A DNA stretch of 64,000 bases, from positions 124,001-188,000 of IMG/VR virus record IMGVR_UViG_3300046171_000252. One strand, written 5' to 3'. Below, in pieces: positions 37,740 through 47,927 of the stretch. The position numbers and the translations under genes were made by a program. Numbering within the stretch: position 1 is the stretch's first letter; each line of letters opens with the position of its first letter. The notes beneath the pieces were generated by a model. That model had not been told where the DNA came from and ran no database searches. It saw nothing but the letters and a program-made list of their open reading frames with translations.

Positions 37740-37958
37740 ATGGTACTGACTGAAAAATTCAAGAAAGACATTCAAACTCTTTGGGGAGCAGTGAATGGCG
37801 ATTTTTATCTTGATGTAAAGAATCCAAAACTTTTCAAAAAAGTTCGTCGTTTTTATGAATCTCAGGGAGTCATCTTTTCTGATGATGCTCTTGATAATTA
37901 TGAAATTTTGATTGATTGTATTATTCAGGATCTAGAAACTAGTGAGGTTTCACGATGA
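37740..37958 (+). CDS. conserved cyanophage hypothetical protein
   Basis: LDVKNPKLFKKVRRFYE; promoter TTGACT-17-TATAAT upstream. Confidence 0.75.
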   Translation: MVLTEKFKKDIQTLWGAVNGDFYLDVKNPKLFKKVRRFYESQGVIFSDDALDNYEILIDCIIQDLETSEVSR

Positions 37959-38236
37959 ACGATCTAGATCCCAAGTCTGTTGTTTCAACAAAGACTACTG
38001 TCATTCACGAGAGGTTTCCCTATCGTTTTGTACAGAGAGGTTACATTCAATTGAATGGTAAACCTGACTTCCGTTTGCAAAAAGCAAATGAGTATACTAA
38101 GAAGTATTCTGACATTTATCTGTTTGACAATGGAGATCAGATGCTCCTTGCTATTGAAGACCCTGAGTACCCTAAATGGTTAGATCCAGATGGTGTTCCT
38201 TGTTATGTTAAAGACTCTGTGTCATTTGAAAACTAA
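37955..38236 (+). CDS. conserved cyanophage hypothetical protein
   Basis: ERFPYRFVQ..NGKPDFRLQK. Confidence 0.75.
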   Translation: MNDLDPKSVVSTKTTVIHERFPYRFVQRGYIQLNGKPDFRLQKANEYTKKYSDIYLFDNGDQMLLAIEDPEYPKWLDPDGVPCYVKDSVSFEN

Positions 38237-38246
38237 GTCAACCCCC

Positions 38247-38287
38247 TGAGAGTTTCTTGCTTCTCTCAAGAGCAAGTGGCGTGCATG
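38247..38287 (+). ncRNA. pseudoknot-like RNA element upstream of an epimerase gene (wcaG/manA-motif-like)
   Basis: GAGAG/CTCTC interleaved with CTTGCT/AGCAAG, then TGGCGTGCATG. Confidence 0.5.
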
Positions 38288-38300
38288 TAAAGACCTTCAG

Positions 38301-38335
38301 GGAGAGTTGCATAAACTCTCCTTTTTTGGTATAAT
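38301..38335 (+). terminator. terminator overlapping the sigma70 promoter of the glycan island
   Basis: GGAGAGTT/AACTCTCC followed by T6; TTGCAT-17-TATAAT embedded. Confidence 0.7.
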
Positions 38336-38364
38336 CTAAATATACGGACTAACAATATTTAAAT

Positions 38365-39386
38365 ATGAAAAGAGCATTGATTACTGGTGGTGCGGGGTTC
38401 ATCGCACACCATTTGATTTCCCAAATTTTAAAGAATACTGACTGGGAAGTTGTGACTCTTGATCGTCTTGATTTTAGTGGCAATCTGAACCGCCTTCAGG
38501 ATGTTCTCCAAGAGTTTTCTCCAGAAGATCGCTCTCGTGTGAGAGTTGTATTTCATGATTTGAAAGCAGCAGTCAATCCACTTATTGCTGCCGATATTGG
38601 TAGAGTGGATTATATTCTGCATCTTGCTGCTGGTTCTCATGTCGATCGTAGTATTGATTATCCCATGGAATTTGTCATGGATAATGTTGTGGAACTTGCA
38701 ACATCCTTGACTATGCTCGTGGTCTTGACCACATTGAGAGGTTTGTATACTTCAGCACTGATGAAGTATTTGGTCCTGCTCCTAATGGAATCAACTATGG
38801 TGAGTATGATAGGTACAATTCTACCAACCCATATAGTGCAGCTAAGGCAGGTGGAGAAGAACTGGCAGTAGCATTTGAGAATACTTACGGACTTCCTGTA
38901 TACATTACTCACACGATGAATGTATTCGGTCAGCGTCAGCATCCAGAAAAGTTCATTCCGATGTGTATCAAGCGTGTTCGTGATGGTGAAGCAATCACCA
39001 TTCATAGTGATGAGACCAAAACAATTCCTGGTTCTCGTCATTATATTCATGCGGAGGATGTTTCTGATGCTCTGCTCTTCCTTCTGGCACAAGACACTGT
39101 GGTTGAAAATGGAAACTATGGTGGTGCCAAGTGTCCTAAATTCAACATTGTTGGTGCCGAGGAACTAAACAACCTGCAACTGGCACAGATCATTGCAGAT
39201 GTTCAGGGTAAAGAACTCAAGTATGATATGGTTGATTTCCATTCCACACGTCCGGGACATGATCTTCGCTATGCACTTTCGGGTGAAAAAATGCGTAAGA
39301 TGGGATGGGAACCAGAAAACATTCGTGATCGTATTCGTGAAGTTGTTGAGTGGACACTTGCCAATGAGCGTTGGATCAAACTATAA
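38365..39386 (+). CDS. rfbB: dTDP-glucose 4,6-dehydratase (frameshift near 38690, probable sequencing indel)
   Basis: TGGAGFIA, HLAAGSHVDRSI, STDEVFG, YSAAK, RPGHDLRY across two frames. Confidence 0.85.
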
Positions 39387-39411
39387 TAGATAAAGGAGGT
39401 TTATTACTAAC

Positions 39412-40455
39412 ATGTCTGAATATACAAAGACGGCACTAGTTCTTGGTGCTGGTGGTTTTATCGGAAGTCACATGGTTAAGCAACTTCGTTCCGAAGGATA
39501 CTGGGTTCGTGGTGTTGATTTAAAGCGTCCTGAGTTCTCTGACACGGAAGCAAATGAATTCATTCAAGGTGACTTGCGTGATAGAAGTTTTGTTCGCCGT
39601 TGCATTCGTACCACTGGCGTTAATGGTGGGTTCTATGCACAGATCGTAGATAAGTTTCTTTCACCTTTTGATGAGATTTATCAGTTTGCTGCTGATATGG
39701 GTGGTGCAGGTTTCGTATTCACTGGTGAGAATGATGCAGACATCATGCACAATTCTGTGTCTATCAATCTGAATGTTCTTGAGGAACAACATCTACTTAA
39801 TTTGGATAAGGATGTAAATAAAACTAAAATTTTCTATTCTGGTTCAGCATGTATGTATCCAGAACACAATCAACTAGACCCCGATAACCCCGACTGCCGT
39901 GAAGAATCAGCATATCCAGCAAACCCTGATTCGGAATATGGGTGGGAGAAATTATTTTCTGAGAGATTATACTTTGCTTATAATCGCAATCATGGTATTC
40001 CTGTCAGGGTGGCACGTTACCACAATATTTTTGGTCCCGAAGGAACCTGGGACGGTGGAAGGGAGAAGGCACCAGCTGCAATCTGCCGTAAAGTTGCTTA
40101 CCTCCCGGAGTCAGGTGGAGCAATCGAGGTGTGGGGAGATGGCCTACAAACTCGTTCCTTCCTGTTCGTTGACGAATGCGTTGAAGCAACTAGAAGACTG
40201 ATGGACAGTGACTTTATGGGTCCTGTGAATATTGGTTCCGAAGAGATGGTTACTATTAACCAACTTGTAGATACTGCTGCTAAGGTTGCTGACAAGGAAG
40301 TCACCAAGATTCATATTGATGGACCTCTGGGAGTTCGTGGACGCAACTCTAATAATGATGTGATCCGTAAGGAACTTGGGTGGGACTATTCTCAAACTCT
40401 TGAGGAGGGTATTCGTAAGACTTATAATTGGATTCAGGAACAAATTCAAAAATGA
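39412..40455 (+). CDS. GDP-mannose 3,5-epimerase-like SDR
   Basis: AADMGGAGF, SACMYPE, GGREKAPAA, WGDGLQTRSF, GVRGRNS. Confidence 0.85.
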   Translation: MSEYTKTALVLGAGGFIGSHMVKQLRSEGYWVRGVDLKRPEFSDTEANEFIQGDLRDRSFVRRCIRTTGVNGGFYAQIVDKFLSPFDEIYQFAADMGGAGFVFTGENDADIMHNSVSINLNVLEEQHLLNLDKDVNKTKIFYSGSACMYPEHNQLDPDNPDCREESAYPANPDSEYGWEKLFSERLYFAYNRNHGIPVRVARYHNIFGPEGTWDGGREKAPAAICRKVAYLPESGGAIEVWGDGLQTRSFLFVDECVEATRRLMDSDFMGPVNIGSEEMVTINQLVDTAAKVADKEVTKIHIDGPLGVRGRNSNNDVIRKELGWDYSQTLEEGIRKTYNWIQEQIQK

Positions 40456-41519
40456 TTAAAATTTATACTTATTCTCACAATAGACCCGACCTAATCAAAC
40501 CTCAATACGAAAGTCTTAAAAGACATATTAAAGATGACTTTGAATTTATCGTATTCAATAATGAACGGGCAGGATCTAATCCATTTAGTGGATACTCACC
40601 TGATAGAGTTCAGGAGATTTTTGATGTTTGTAATGAGATTGGTATAGAATGTATCAGAGTTGACCTAGACCCTCAGTATCAGTTCATTAATGGATACAAA
40701 CAATTTGAAGGTGATTCATTTACTGGTGATGGAAGTCAAGTTTGTGGGTATGCATTCACATGGGGATGGCAACATTACATCTCCAAGAATGATTGTATCT
40801 CTTTGATAATTGATTCTGATATGTTCTTCATCAAAGACATATCAATTGCAGAAATGATTGAAGGATACAACCTGTCTATCATTCCATCCTATAGATATAG
40901 TAGAAAATATAGTGATGGTGATCCTGGAGAGATTGCTTTGAAGTATCCTTGGAATGGTATTGTCATTGCTGATATTCCTAATCTTCCCAATCCTTCTGAA
41001 CTTAAATGGGATCTTGGAATATTCAACGGACAACCATGTGATGTTGGTGGAGGAGGACATAAGTATCTTTCTGATTATGAGAATGAATTAAAAATTAAAT
41101 ACATGGATCAGGTAAGCGTTCAAAGGGATGCTGACTCTGGGGATAAGCATAGTCCTCCTCCTGGATATATTGAAATGGGATTTAATGGATGCTCTCCAAT
41201 GCATGTCAATCTTGTAGAGAAAGAGTTTCACATTCTTGATTACCAACATTCCGATACTCAAACTTTTCCTCATCAAAAGGAAAGAGAGAACTACTGGCAG
41301 TATGTTTATGATTGCTTTACTTACATGGTTGACTATGGAAGTTATTATCAGTTTCCCAAACCAACATTTATTGACTTGATAAAATTTGAGGAAGATGATA
41401 GTATGGAGGATGCATTCGTTCTACATTATAAAAATGCAAGCAATGGAAATGCTTGGCAATCTGATGATTATAATGCATTGAAAACAAGATCACTCAATAG
41501 AGTTTTAGGTGTAAATTAA
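40452..41519 (+). CDS. putative GT-A glycosyltransferase
   Basis: IIDSDMF DxD motif, DVGG, LHY. Confidence 0.55.
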   Translation: MIKIYTYSHNRPDLIKPQYESLKRHIKDDFEFIVFNNERAGSNPFSGYSPDRVQEIFDVCNEIGIECIRVDLDPQYQFINGYKQFEGDSFTGDGSQVCGYAFTWGWQHYISKNDCISLIIDSDMFFIKDISIAEMIEGYNLSIIPSYRYSRKYSDGDPGEIALKYPWNGIVIADIPNLPNPSELKWDLGIFNGQPCDVGGGGHKYLSDYENELKIKYMDQVSVQRDADSGDKHSPPPGYIEMGFNGCSPMHVNLVEKEFHILDYQHSDTQTFPHQKERENYWQYVYDCFTYMVDYGSYYQFPKPTFIDLIKFEEDDSMEDAFVLHYKNASNGNAWQSDDYNALKTRSLNRVLGVN

Positions 41520-42377
41520 ATGAATATTGCTATTTTAGGATCTGCTGGACAGATCGGTGCTTATCTAGAAGAGTATCTAAAAGAGAAAGGGCACGATGTT
41601 ATTGGTGTTGATATAGTTGAAGGTCCACAGAATGATCTTCGTGTAACACCAAACACTTATGTTGAAAGTATTATTAAGAATGCAGACTTTGTATTCTTTC
41701 TATCTTTTGATGTGGGTGGTTCTCGCTATTTGAAAAAGTATCAACATACTTTTCAGTTCATTAATAACAATACTCGTATGATGGCAAATACTTTTGCCTT
41801 ACTTGAGAAGTATCGGAAGAGGTTTGTGTTCGCATCATCTCAGATGAGTAACATGACTTATTCACCTTATGGTGTCATGAAGCGTGTTGGTGAACTTCAT
41901 ACCACAGCATTGAACGGATTGATTGTTAAGTTCTGGAATGTGTATGGTATTGAAAAAGATATGGAGAAGGCTCATGTGATTACTGACTTCATCCGTAAGG
42001 GATTCGAAGAAGGAGAATTTGAAATGATGACTGACGGCACAGAAGAGCGTCAGTTCCTGTATGCCGAGGACTGCTGTGAGGCACTGGAAACTGTAATGGA
42101 AAACTTTACAGATTTCAAACCAGAAGACCCACTTCACATTACATCATTCCACTCTAATACTGTTAGAGAGATTGCTAATATTATCCAGGGTTGTTTTGGA
42201 TTAATTGATAAGTATGATGTAAAGATCAACTCTGGACTTGCTAAAGACAGTGTTCAGATGGATAAAAGAAATGAGGCAGACAATTATATTTTAAACTGGT
42301 GGGTTCCCAAGACTACTATTGATGTGGGCATCAGAAAAGTATTCAACGAAATGAAGAAGGACTATGAGAATATTTGA
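41520..42377 (+). CDS. NAD-dependent epimerase/dehydratase
   Basis: GSAGQIG, YGVMK, RQFLYAED. Confidence 0.85.
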   Translation: MNIAILGSAGQIGAYLEEYLKEKGHDVIGVDIVEGPQNDLRVTPNTYVESIIKNADFVFFLSFDVGGSRYLKKYQHTFQFINNNTRMMANTFALLEKYRKRFVFASSQMSNMTYSPYGVMKRVGELHTTALNGLIVKFWNVYGIEKDMEKAHVITDFIRKGFEEGEFEMMTDGTEERQFLYAEDCCEALETVMENFTDFKPEDPLHITSFHSNTVREIANIIQGCFGLIDKYDVKINSGLAKDSVQMDKRNEADNYILNWWVPKTTIDVGIRKVFNEMKKDYENI

Positions 42378-43140
42378 TTGTTTTATTTTCAATCATGAGG
42401 TAGAACTCTTAGAAATAAGAATGAATATCTTAAATGATTATGTTGATAAGTTTGTTATTACTGAAGGTAATATGACTTTCTCTGGACTACCCAAAGAGAG
42501 TCATTTTTTGAATAACAAAGATAGATTTGCCAAGTGGGAAGATAAGATTATCTTAAATCAGATTGAATTACCAGATCTTGAAGGTCCATGGCACAGAGAA
42601 ATCTATTCACGAAATGCTATGGTAAGACCTGACATTTTTAATGATGATGATCTGATTTTGATGAGTGATGGTGATGAGATTCCTAATCCCGAAATCTTAG
42701 AACATGCATCCGAGTGGGTCTCTGATGATACTCACTTCACATTTGAACAGTCTTGCTATGCATATTGGATAAACAATCTATACTCCAATAAGTGGTTTGG
42801 TAGTAGAGCAGCTACTTATAAACACATCAAAAATACTACAGTTGATGATATACGAGAAGGAACAGAGGATGAAAATAAGATATCTGGATCTATTATAACT
42901 AATGGTGGATGGCACTTTACGTATTTGGGTAATGAGGAACACATCCGACAGAAGATAAATTCATTCTGTGATAGACAATTTGATATTCCGGAAGTAACAG
43001 AGAACATCTCTAAGAATCTGGAAAGCGGTCAGGATGTTCTTAACAGGTCTCATATCTCTTATCAAAGAGTAGAACTTGATGAGTCATTCCCGCAACATAT
43101 TATTGACAACCAAGAAAAATATTCGCACTTAATTAAATGA
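42364..43140 (+). CDS. GT17-like glycosyltransferase (MGAT3 type)
   Basis: FDCFIFNHEVELLEIR, SDGDEIP, GGWHFTYLG. Confidence 0.85.
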   Translation: MRIFDCFIFNHEVELLEIRMNILNDYVDKFVITEGNMTFSGLPKESHFLNNKDRFAKWEDKIILNQIELPDLEGPWHREIYSRNAMVRPDIFNDDDLILMSDGDEIPNPEILEHASEWVSDDTHFTFEQSCYAYWINNLYSNKWFGSRAATYKHIKNTTVDDIREGTEDENKISGSIITNGGWHFTYLGNEEHIRQKINSFCDRQFDIPEVTENISKNLESGQDVLNRSHISYQRVELDESFPQHIIDNQEKYSHLIK

Positions 43141-44180
43141 TTGTTTCTGAAATTTATAATGGTTCTGGTCTTGGAAACCAGTTGTGGAATATCGTAGCAC
43201 CACGATGTATTGCCGAGCATCGTGGATTTAGATGGGGTGTGCGAAGAGACACTAATAATAGTGCTCAGGGTAGTAGTAAAGTTCCTTCGGTTGGATTGAA
43301 AACATTTAAAGGATGTCAGTTCCTACCAGACATTGATTTTGGTGATGAAGTAATCGGTGGTGTCACCACTGTTGAAGGTCAAGAACCAGATGTTCTTCCT
43401 GATGGTATTGAATATTATGCCAGAGAAAGAGTTGATGAATATCCTTTAGGTCTTCATGCTCTGTCTGGCGAAGATGCTATGATTTATGATGAACTTCTTT
43501 ATAATACGATTCCTGATAATACTAAGGTTGATGGAACATTTCAGAGACTGAGATATATTAATGATCGTCGTGATGACATTATTCAGTGGTTGAAACCTAG
43601 TATTACAGTCACAGAATATAGTAGTGATGATTTTTGTGTAATTCAGTTCAGGGGTGGTGAGTATCTTATCACCTCTGCCTGGTGCCCTCCTGAGTATTAC
43701 AGAATGGCAGCAGATAGAATGTTGGAGATTAATCCTAACATGAAGTTTGGCGTGATTACAGACGACCCAGAGAATGCACGAAAGTTTATTCCTTGGGCTC
43801 CGATTATCGGTTCCTCTGCAACCAGTGAAGTTGATCCACTTGCTCATCTACAGGGTTCGGGATTCTATGAATACAAGGGTGGTCCAATCGGTATTGATTA
43901 TTCCATTCTTAATAATGCAGTCAACTCTATTATTACTTCATCCACCTTTGCTTTTTGGCCAGCATGGACTAATACTAAAGCAGAGATTATCATTGCTCCT
44001 AAGTATTGGAATGATTACAAACGTTCTGATGGATACTGGAGAGGCGATGATAACATTGTAGATGACTGGGATTATATTGATATGAAAGGTGCTATGATGA
44101 GTGGTGTGGATTGTAAGGAAGAGTATAGGAAGTATAGAAAAAAACATGCTTTCTATTTTAATAAACCCGAAGTTGTGTAA
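43137..44180 (+). CDS. GT11-like (alpha-1,2-fucosyltransferase-type) glycosyltransferase
   Basis: GLGNQLW, QFRGGEY, SSTFAFWPAW. Confidence 0.75.
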   Translation: MIVSEIYNGSGLGNQLWNIVAPRCIAEHRGFRWGVRRDTNNSAQGSSKVPSVGLKTFKGCQFLPDIDFGDEVIGGVTTVEGQEPDVLPDGIEYYARERVDEYPLGLHALSGEDAMIYDELLYNTIPDNTKVDGTFQRLRYINDRRDDIIQWLKPSITVTEYSSDDFCVIQFRGGEYLITSAWCPPEYYRMAADRMLEINPNMKFGVITDDPENARKFIPWAPIIGSSATSEVDPLAHLQGSGFYEYKGGPIGIDYSILNNAVNSIITSSTFAFWPAWTNTKAEIIIAPKYWNDYKRSDGYWRGDDNIVDDWDYIDMKGAMMSGVDCKEEYRKYRKKHAFYFNKPEVV

Positions 44181-44860
44181 TGTTTAATACTGATAATATT
44201 CAGTCTGGTAATGACCCTTTTGACTATTGGATTCTTGATAACTTTTTAGATATTGAGGATGCAAAACAACTTAGTAAAGAATTCATTGACTATGATAGTC
44301 CTGCAGAGGACATCGTTCATTATCAAGGATGGATTGCCGAGAAGAAGACATGTAATAAGTGGGATAGATTTCCACCTTTAACTTACAAGGTCTTTACTAA
44401 TTTACTGGCATCTAATTTTATTTCTACACTTTCTGACATCACCGGAGTTAATCCTTTGTATCCTGACATTGGATTGCACGGTGGGGGTTGGCATATGCAT
44501 GGAAAGGGTGGTAGACTATCAGTTCACTTAGACTATTCTATTCATCCAAAATTGAACTTGCAGAGAAAACTAAATCTTATTCTATATCTTGAAGAAGATT
44601 ATGATCCTGCATGGGGTGGCAGTCTTCAGTTCTGGTCTCATGACGAGAAGACGAAAAAACCAAAGGATAAGATAAGAGAAGTAGAACCAATCTTTAATAG
44701 AGCAGTTCTATTTGACACAACTCAAAACTCATGGCATGGATTTCCAGAACCAATCCATCCACCTGCAGGTAAGATGAGAAAAAGTTTCGCAGTATATTAC
44801 ATGACTGACATCACACAAACTGCAGAAGAAAGATACAGAGCACATTATGTTGGAGTATAA
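44180..44860 (+). CDS. 2OG-Fe(II) oxygenase
   Basis: HLD, SWHG, RKS. Confidence 0.85.
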   Translation: MFNTDNIQSGNDPFDYWILDNFLDIEDAKQLSKEFIDYDSPAEDIVHYQGWIAEKKTCNKWDRFPPLTYKVFTNLLASNFISTLSDITGVNPLYPDIGLHGGGWHMHGKGGRLSVHLDYSIHPKLNLQRKLNLILYLEEDYDPAWGGSLQFWSHDEKTKKPKDKIREVEPIFNRAVLFDTTQNSWHGFPEPIHPPAGKMRKSFAVYYMTDITQTAEERYRAHYVGV

Positions 44861-45628
44861 ATGCTAGACCTAAGAAAAGTTACTTTATTTGCAATCTATG
44901 TTCCTTGGGACAAATCAAATATTTCTGCTGAAGATTTTCAGGATGGTGAACAAGAAAAATCAATTGACAACGGACTTCGGGATACAATCAAAGCAATCTA
45001 TACATGCATGGAGAGCGCAAAGTTTGGTGCTGTTCGGTTAATAACATCAAAAGAAGTTATTAATGAATATGCTGGCAAACTCTCCTCAGATGGAATCAGC
45101 GTTGAACTACCGAATATTCCCATATGTAATATGAAAGATTATGCCAGATACATGATCTATCATCTAACAGAACATGTGGATACTAAATTTGTTTTAACAA
45201 TTCAACATGATGGGTTTATTCTAAATCCAAGTGCATGGAGAGATGACTTCTTTGATTATGATTACGTTGGTGCTCCATGGCCATGGCGAGAGCAAGGATT
45301 TGTGACTCCTTTCGGGGAGCACATTGCTGTTGGTAATGGTGGTTTCTCACTGAGAAGTAAGAAACTTTTAGATGTTCCTGGTAAGGTTGATGTTCCTTTT
45401 GATGTTGTTGCCATGAATGACTTCTATAAGATGTTTGGTGGGGTCAATTGGAATGAGGATGGAAACATCTGTGTGCATAATAGGCACATTTTTGAAGAGC
45501 AGGGATGTAAGTTTGCACCTGTGGAGGTTGCAAAAGACTTCTCCCATGAAAGTCCATTAGATGTTAATCGCGGTATTATACCCTTTGGATATCATGGCAA
45601 TTTGCCTGCAGGCGTAGTAATTAATTAA
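44861..45628 (+). CDS. DUF5672-like putative glycosyltransferase
   Basis: IQHDG, YDYVGAPW, GNGGFSLRS, NED, FGYH. Confidence 0.8.
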   Translation: MLDLRKVTLFAIYVPWDKSNISAEDFQDGEQEKSIDNGLRDTIKAIYTCMESAKFGAVRLITSKEVINEYAGKLSSDGISVELPNIPICNMKDYARYMIYHLTEHVDTKFVLTIQHDGFILNPSAWRDDFFDYDYVGAPWPWREQGFVTPFGEHIAVGNGGFSLRSKKLLDVPGKVDVPFDVVAMNDFYKMFGGVNWNEDGNICVHNRHIFEEQGCKFAPVEVAKDFSHESPLDVNRGIIPFGYHGNLPAGVVIN

Positions 45629-45637
45629 GGAGTTCAA

Positions 45638-46426
45638 ATGAAATTTGACATAGATCATTCCACACCATACTTCATGGAAATCTTCCAGAATGTATCTGAT
45701 GATGATATGACTGGTGGTTCTGAGGCAATCAAAGTCATCTCTGAGTATCATAAGAAGAATCATTATCTTTTGAATACTGGTGCTGTGGGGTATGACCCAC
45801 CTTCCTGGTCTGAGGAGGATAATGTATTCCCATCTGATGCCCCCGTGCATCCTATGACTCACATTGAGTGGGCTGCAATTCTGAAGAGCATGAATCTTGA
45901 AGGTGATGTTCTTGAATTTGGTGTTGCATGTGGAGGAACGATTAGAGACATTGCCTTTATCAATCCCGACAAGAGGATTCATGGATTTGATCACTTTCAA
46001 GGACTAGAGCAAACTTCACAATTCATTCCGGATTATGCTGGTTGGCACGAAGGTGCATTCTGTCTTAATGGTCCTGAATATCCTCAGACCTATGAGCGTG
46101 TGATTGAAGACCTTTCTCAGTGGGATAATATTGGTATTGTGGTTGAGGATGTTCATAAACTTACCGAACCCGAAGAGTTTGAAATTGGTAAGATTTGTGC
46201 AGTGCATATTGATGTTGACATCTATGAACCAACAGTTTCATCACTGAAGTTTGTTGATAAGTGTGAGTGGGATAAAATCTATATGAGGTTTGATGACTGG
46301 CACGGACACGAACCTGATTATGATTCACATGAAAGACTTGCATGTAAGGAGTGGATTGAGAAGAACAACTATACATTTGAACTTCTACGAAACGGATTGC
46401 ATGGTGAGATGATTGTTTCACGATGA
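45638..46426 (+). CDS. TylF/MycF-like sugar O-methyltransferase
   Basis: LEFGVACG, GFDHFQGL, HIDVDIYE, FDDW. Confidence 0.75.
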   Translation: MKFDIDHSTPYFMEIFQNVSDDDMTGGSEAIKVISEYHKKNHYLLNTGAVGYDPPSWSEEDNVFPSDAPVHPMTHIEWAAILKSMNLEGDVLEFGVACGGTIRDIAFINPDKRIHGFDHFQGLEQTSQFIPDYAGWHEGAFCLNGPEYPQTYERVIEDLSQWDNIGIVVEDVHKLTEPEEFEIGKICAVHIDVDIYEPTVSSLKFVDKCEWDKIYMRFDDWHGHEPDYDSHERLACKEWIEKNNYTFELLRNGLHGEMIVSR

Positions 46427-47223
46427 CTGTAGCATTTAATCATCTAGGTAAACTGGGGCAACTGGGAAACCAGATGTTTCAGTATGCTGCTACCAAGGGT
46501 ATTGCATCTAAAGTAGGTGCTTCATTCATGATTCCCAATCATCAAGAAATTTTTGATGATGGCATAGGAAATCGATATACGATTCTATTGTTTGATGCAT
46601 TCAAACTTACGAGTGCCACGAATCTTGGGACTCTGCAAACTGAAAAGTATGTCCAAGAACCAAAATTTGAATTTACCCCTGAATTTTTTGATCTTAACGG
46701 GTCAGAAGATTTTTCTTTGTGGGGATTCTTTCAGACTGAAAAATACTTCAAGCACATTGAAGATGAGATAAGAAATGACTTTGCTTTCCGTGATGAGATT
46801 GTGGAAGAGTGTAGTGCAATCATGGAGGGATTTGATAATCCAATAGCACTTCATGTTCGCAGAGGTGATTTTCTTCATAACTCTGGCAATCATCCCCCAT
46901 TAGGACTTGAATATTATGCCGAAGCATTAAAAAACTTTAATGATGATAGAGAGGTTATAATATTTTCTAATGACCCAGAGTGGTGTAAAGAGCAAGAGTT
47001 GTTTGAGAGTGATAGATTTGCCGTGTCAGAAGGTGGCAATCAGTTCTATGATTTGTGCCTGATGTCTATGTGTAATGATTTTATTATTGCCAACTCATCA
47101 TTCTCTTGGTGGGGTGCATGGTTAGCAAACAGGGGTAAGGTGATTGCTCCTAAGAAGTGGTTTGGACCTAATCTAAATCATGATACAAAAGATTTGTATT
47201 GTAACGACTGGAAAGTATTATGA
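46423..47223 (+). CDS. GT11 glycosyltransferase
   Basis: GQLGNQMFQYA, HVRRGDF, NSSFSWWGAWL. Confidence 0.9.
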   Translation: MTVAFNHLGKLGQLGNQMFQYAATKGIASKVGASFMIPNHQEIFDDGIGNRYTILLFDAFKLTSATNLGTLQTEKYVQEPKFEFTPEFFDLNGSEDFSLWGFFQTEKYFKHIEDEIRNDFAFRDEIVEECSAIMEGFDNPIALHVRRGDFLHNSGNHPPLGLEYYAEALKNFNDDREVIIFSNDPEWCKEQELFESDRFAVSEGGNQFYDLCLMSMCNDFIIANSSFSWWGAWLANRGKVIAPKKWFGPNLNHDTKDLYCNDWKVL

Positions 47224-47927
47224 AAGTATCAATAGCATGTCCGACATTTGAATACTATGGTAGAGGTGTAGAAGTTCTGGATGATATGTTCAGGACTATT
47301 GCTGCTCAGACATTTAAGGATATTGAGGTTGTCATTTCAGATCACAGTAAAACCGATGTGATTGAAGATTACTGCAAAGAGAATGAGCACAACCTGAATA
47401 TCAAATACATTCGCAATGAGAATGGCAGAGGTAATCCTTCCATCAATACTAACAATGCGATTGATAATTGTAGTGGTGAGATTATTAAAATCTTTCAACA
47501 GGATGACTTCTTCTATGATACAGAGGCAGTAGAGAAGATGTATGATGCCATGACAAACTCAGATGCTAAATGGTTTGTATGTGGTGCGGTCCATACTCGT
47601 GATGACGGACATACATTCTTTAATCCCATGTATCCGAGATGGGATGATAAGATAATGCTAGAACCAGGTTATAACTTTATTGGTGGTGTATCTGTCACGG
47701 CAATCAAAAAAGAGGTGACTGTAAGGTATGACCCTGAACTCAGAATGTTACTGGATGTAGATTTTTACTATCAGAATGTGTTAAACTATGGTATGCCAAT
47801 CTTCTATCGTGATACTTTGATTGTTAATAGAGTCCGAGATAATGATACTCTGATGGCAGAAGTGAGTGAAGAAGAGATTGAAGAAGAATTTCAGTATTGT
47901 TTCAAGAAGCATGGTATTAGTAGATGA
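47220..47927 (+). CDS. GT2 glycosyltransferase
   Basis: KVSIACPT, VVISDHS, QDDF. Confidence 0.8.
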   Translation: MKVSIACPTFEYYGRGVEVLDDMFRTIAAQTFKDIEVVISDHSKTDVIEDYCKENEHNLNIKYIRNENGRGNPSINTNNAIDNCSGEIIKIFQQDDFFYDTEAVEKMYDAMTNSDAKWFVCGAVHTRDDGHTFFNPMYPRWDDKIMLEPGYNFIGGVSVTAIKKEVTVRYDPELRMLLDVDFYYQNVLNYGMPIFYRDTLIVNRVRDNDTLMAEVSEEEIEEEFQYCFKKHGISR

